From positions 3,918 to 67,917 of IMG/VR virus record IMGVR_UViG_3300021185_002348: 64,000 nt of DNA; one strand, written 5' to 3'. Position 1 is the stretch's first letter. Every line of letters begins with the position of its first letter. Both the position numbers and the translations under genes were made by a program. The DNA is from a virus. The notes below the pieces were generated by a model that searched no databases, had not been told where the DNA came from, and saw only the letters and a list, made by a program, of their open reading frames with translations. Positions 63,992-64,000 of the stretch are shown here, piece by piece.

Positions 63992-64000
63992 TAGTACTTG

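Noticed and set aside
1-64000. tRNA, rRNA, integrase or transposase genes, and alternative genetic code
   Set aside because: No cloverleaf or recombinase motifs recognised by eye; long ORFs are intact under the standard code with dense gene packing

Overview
64 kb of an AT-rich double-stranded DNA podovirus-type phage genome, almost certainly infecting Bacteroidota (probably marine Flavobacteriia). Host evidence: DUF3127 SSB-like gene, BT4734/VirE-N primase and TAnnTTTG-type promoters. Two arms converge on a bidirectional terminator at about 17.17 kb. The + strand arm (1-17.1 kb) holds early genes, an amidoligase/GATase-II/GGCT module, nucleotide metabolism (ThyA-family enzyme, dUTPase) and replication (HTH initiator with iterons, primase-helicase, resolvase). 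The - strand arm (17.2-64 kb) holds tail fibres and adaptors, an envelope/lysis cluster, terminase, portal, scaffold, major capsid, crAss-like ring and muzzle tail proteins, and ejection proteins including a 3113-aa polyvalent protein. Most notable: (1) a strand-polarised 9-mer, YRCTATCRC, found 17 times at quasi-regular spacing in the first 14.5 kb, independent of reading frame; (2) a ThyA homologue with dCMP-enzyme signature residues; (3) a candidate sRNA whose loop is antisense to early-gene start regions; (4) a hammerhead-like three-way junction before the replication operon; (5) unannotated DfrB-like and RNR-tail-like small ORFs; (6) an outer-membrane barrel/thioredoxin-like envelope cassette. 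All family assignments come from motif recognition by eye; no database searches were run.
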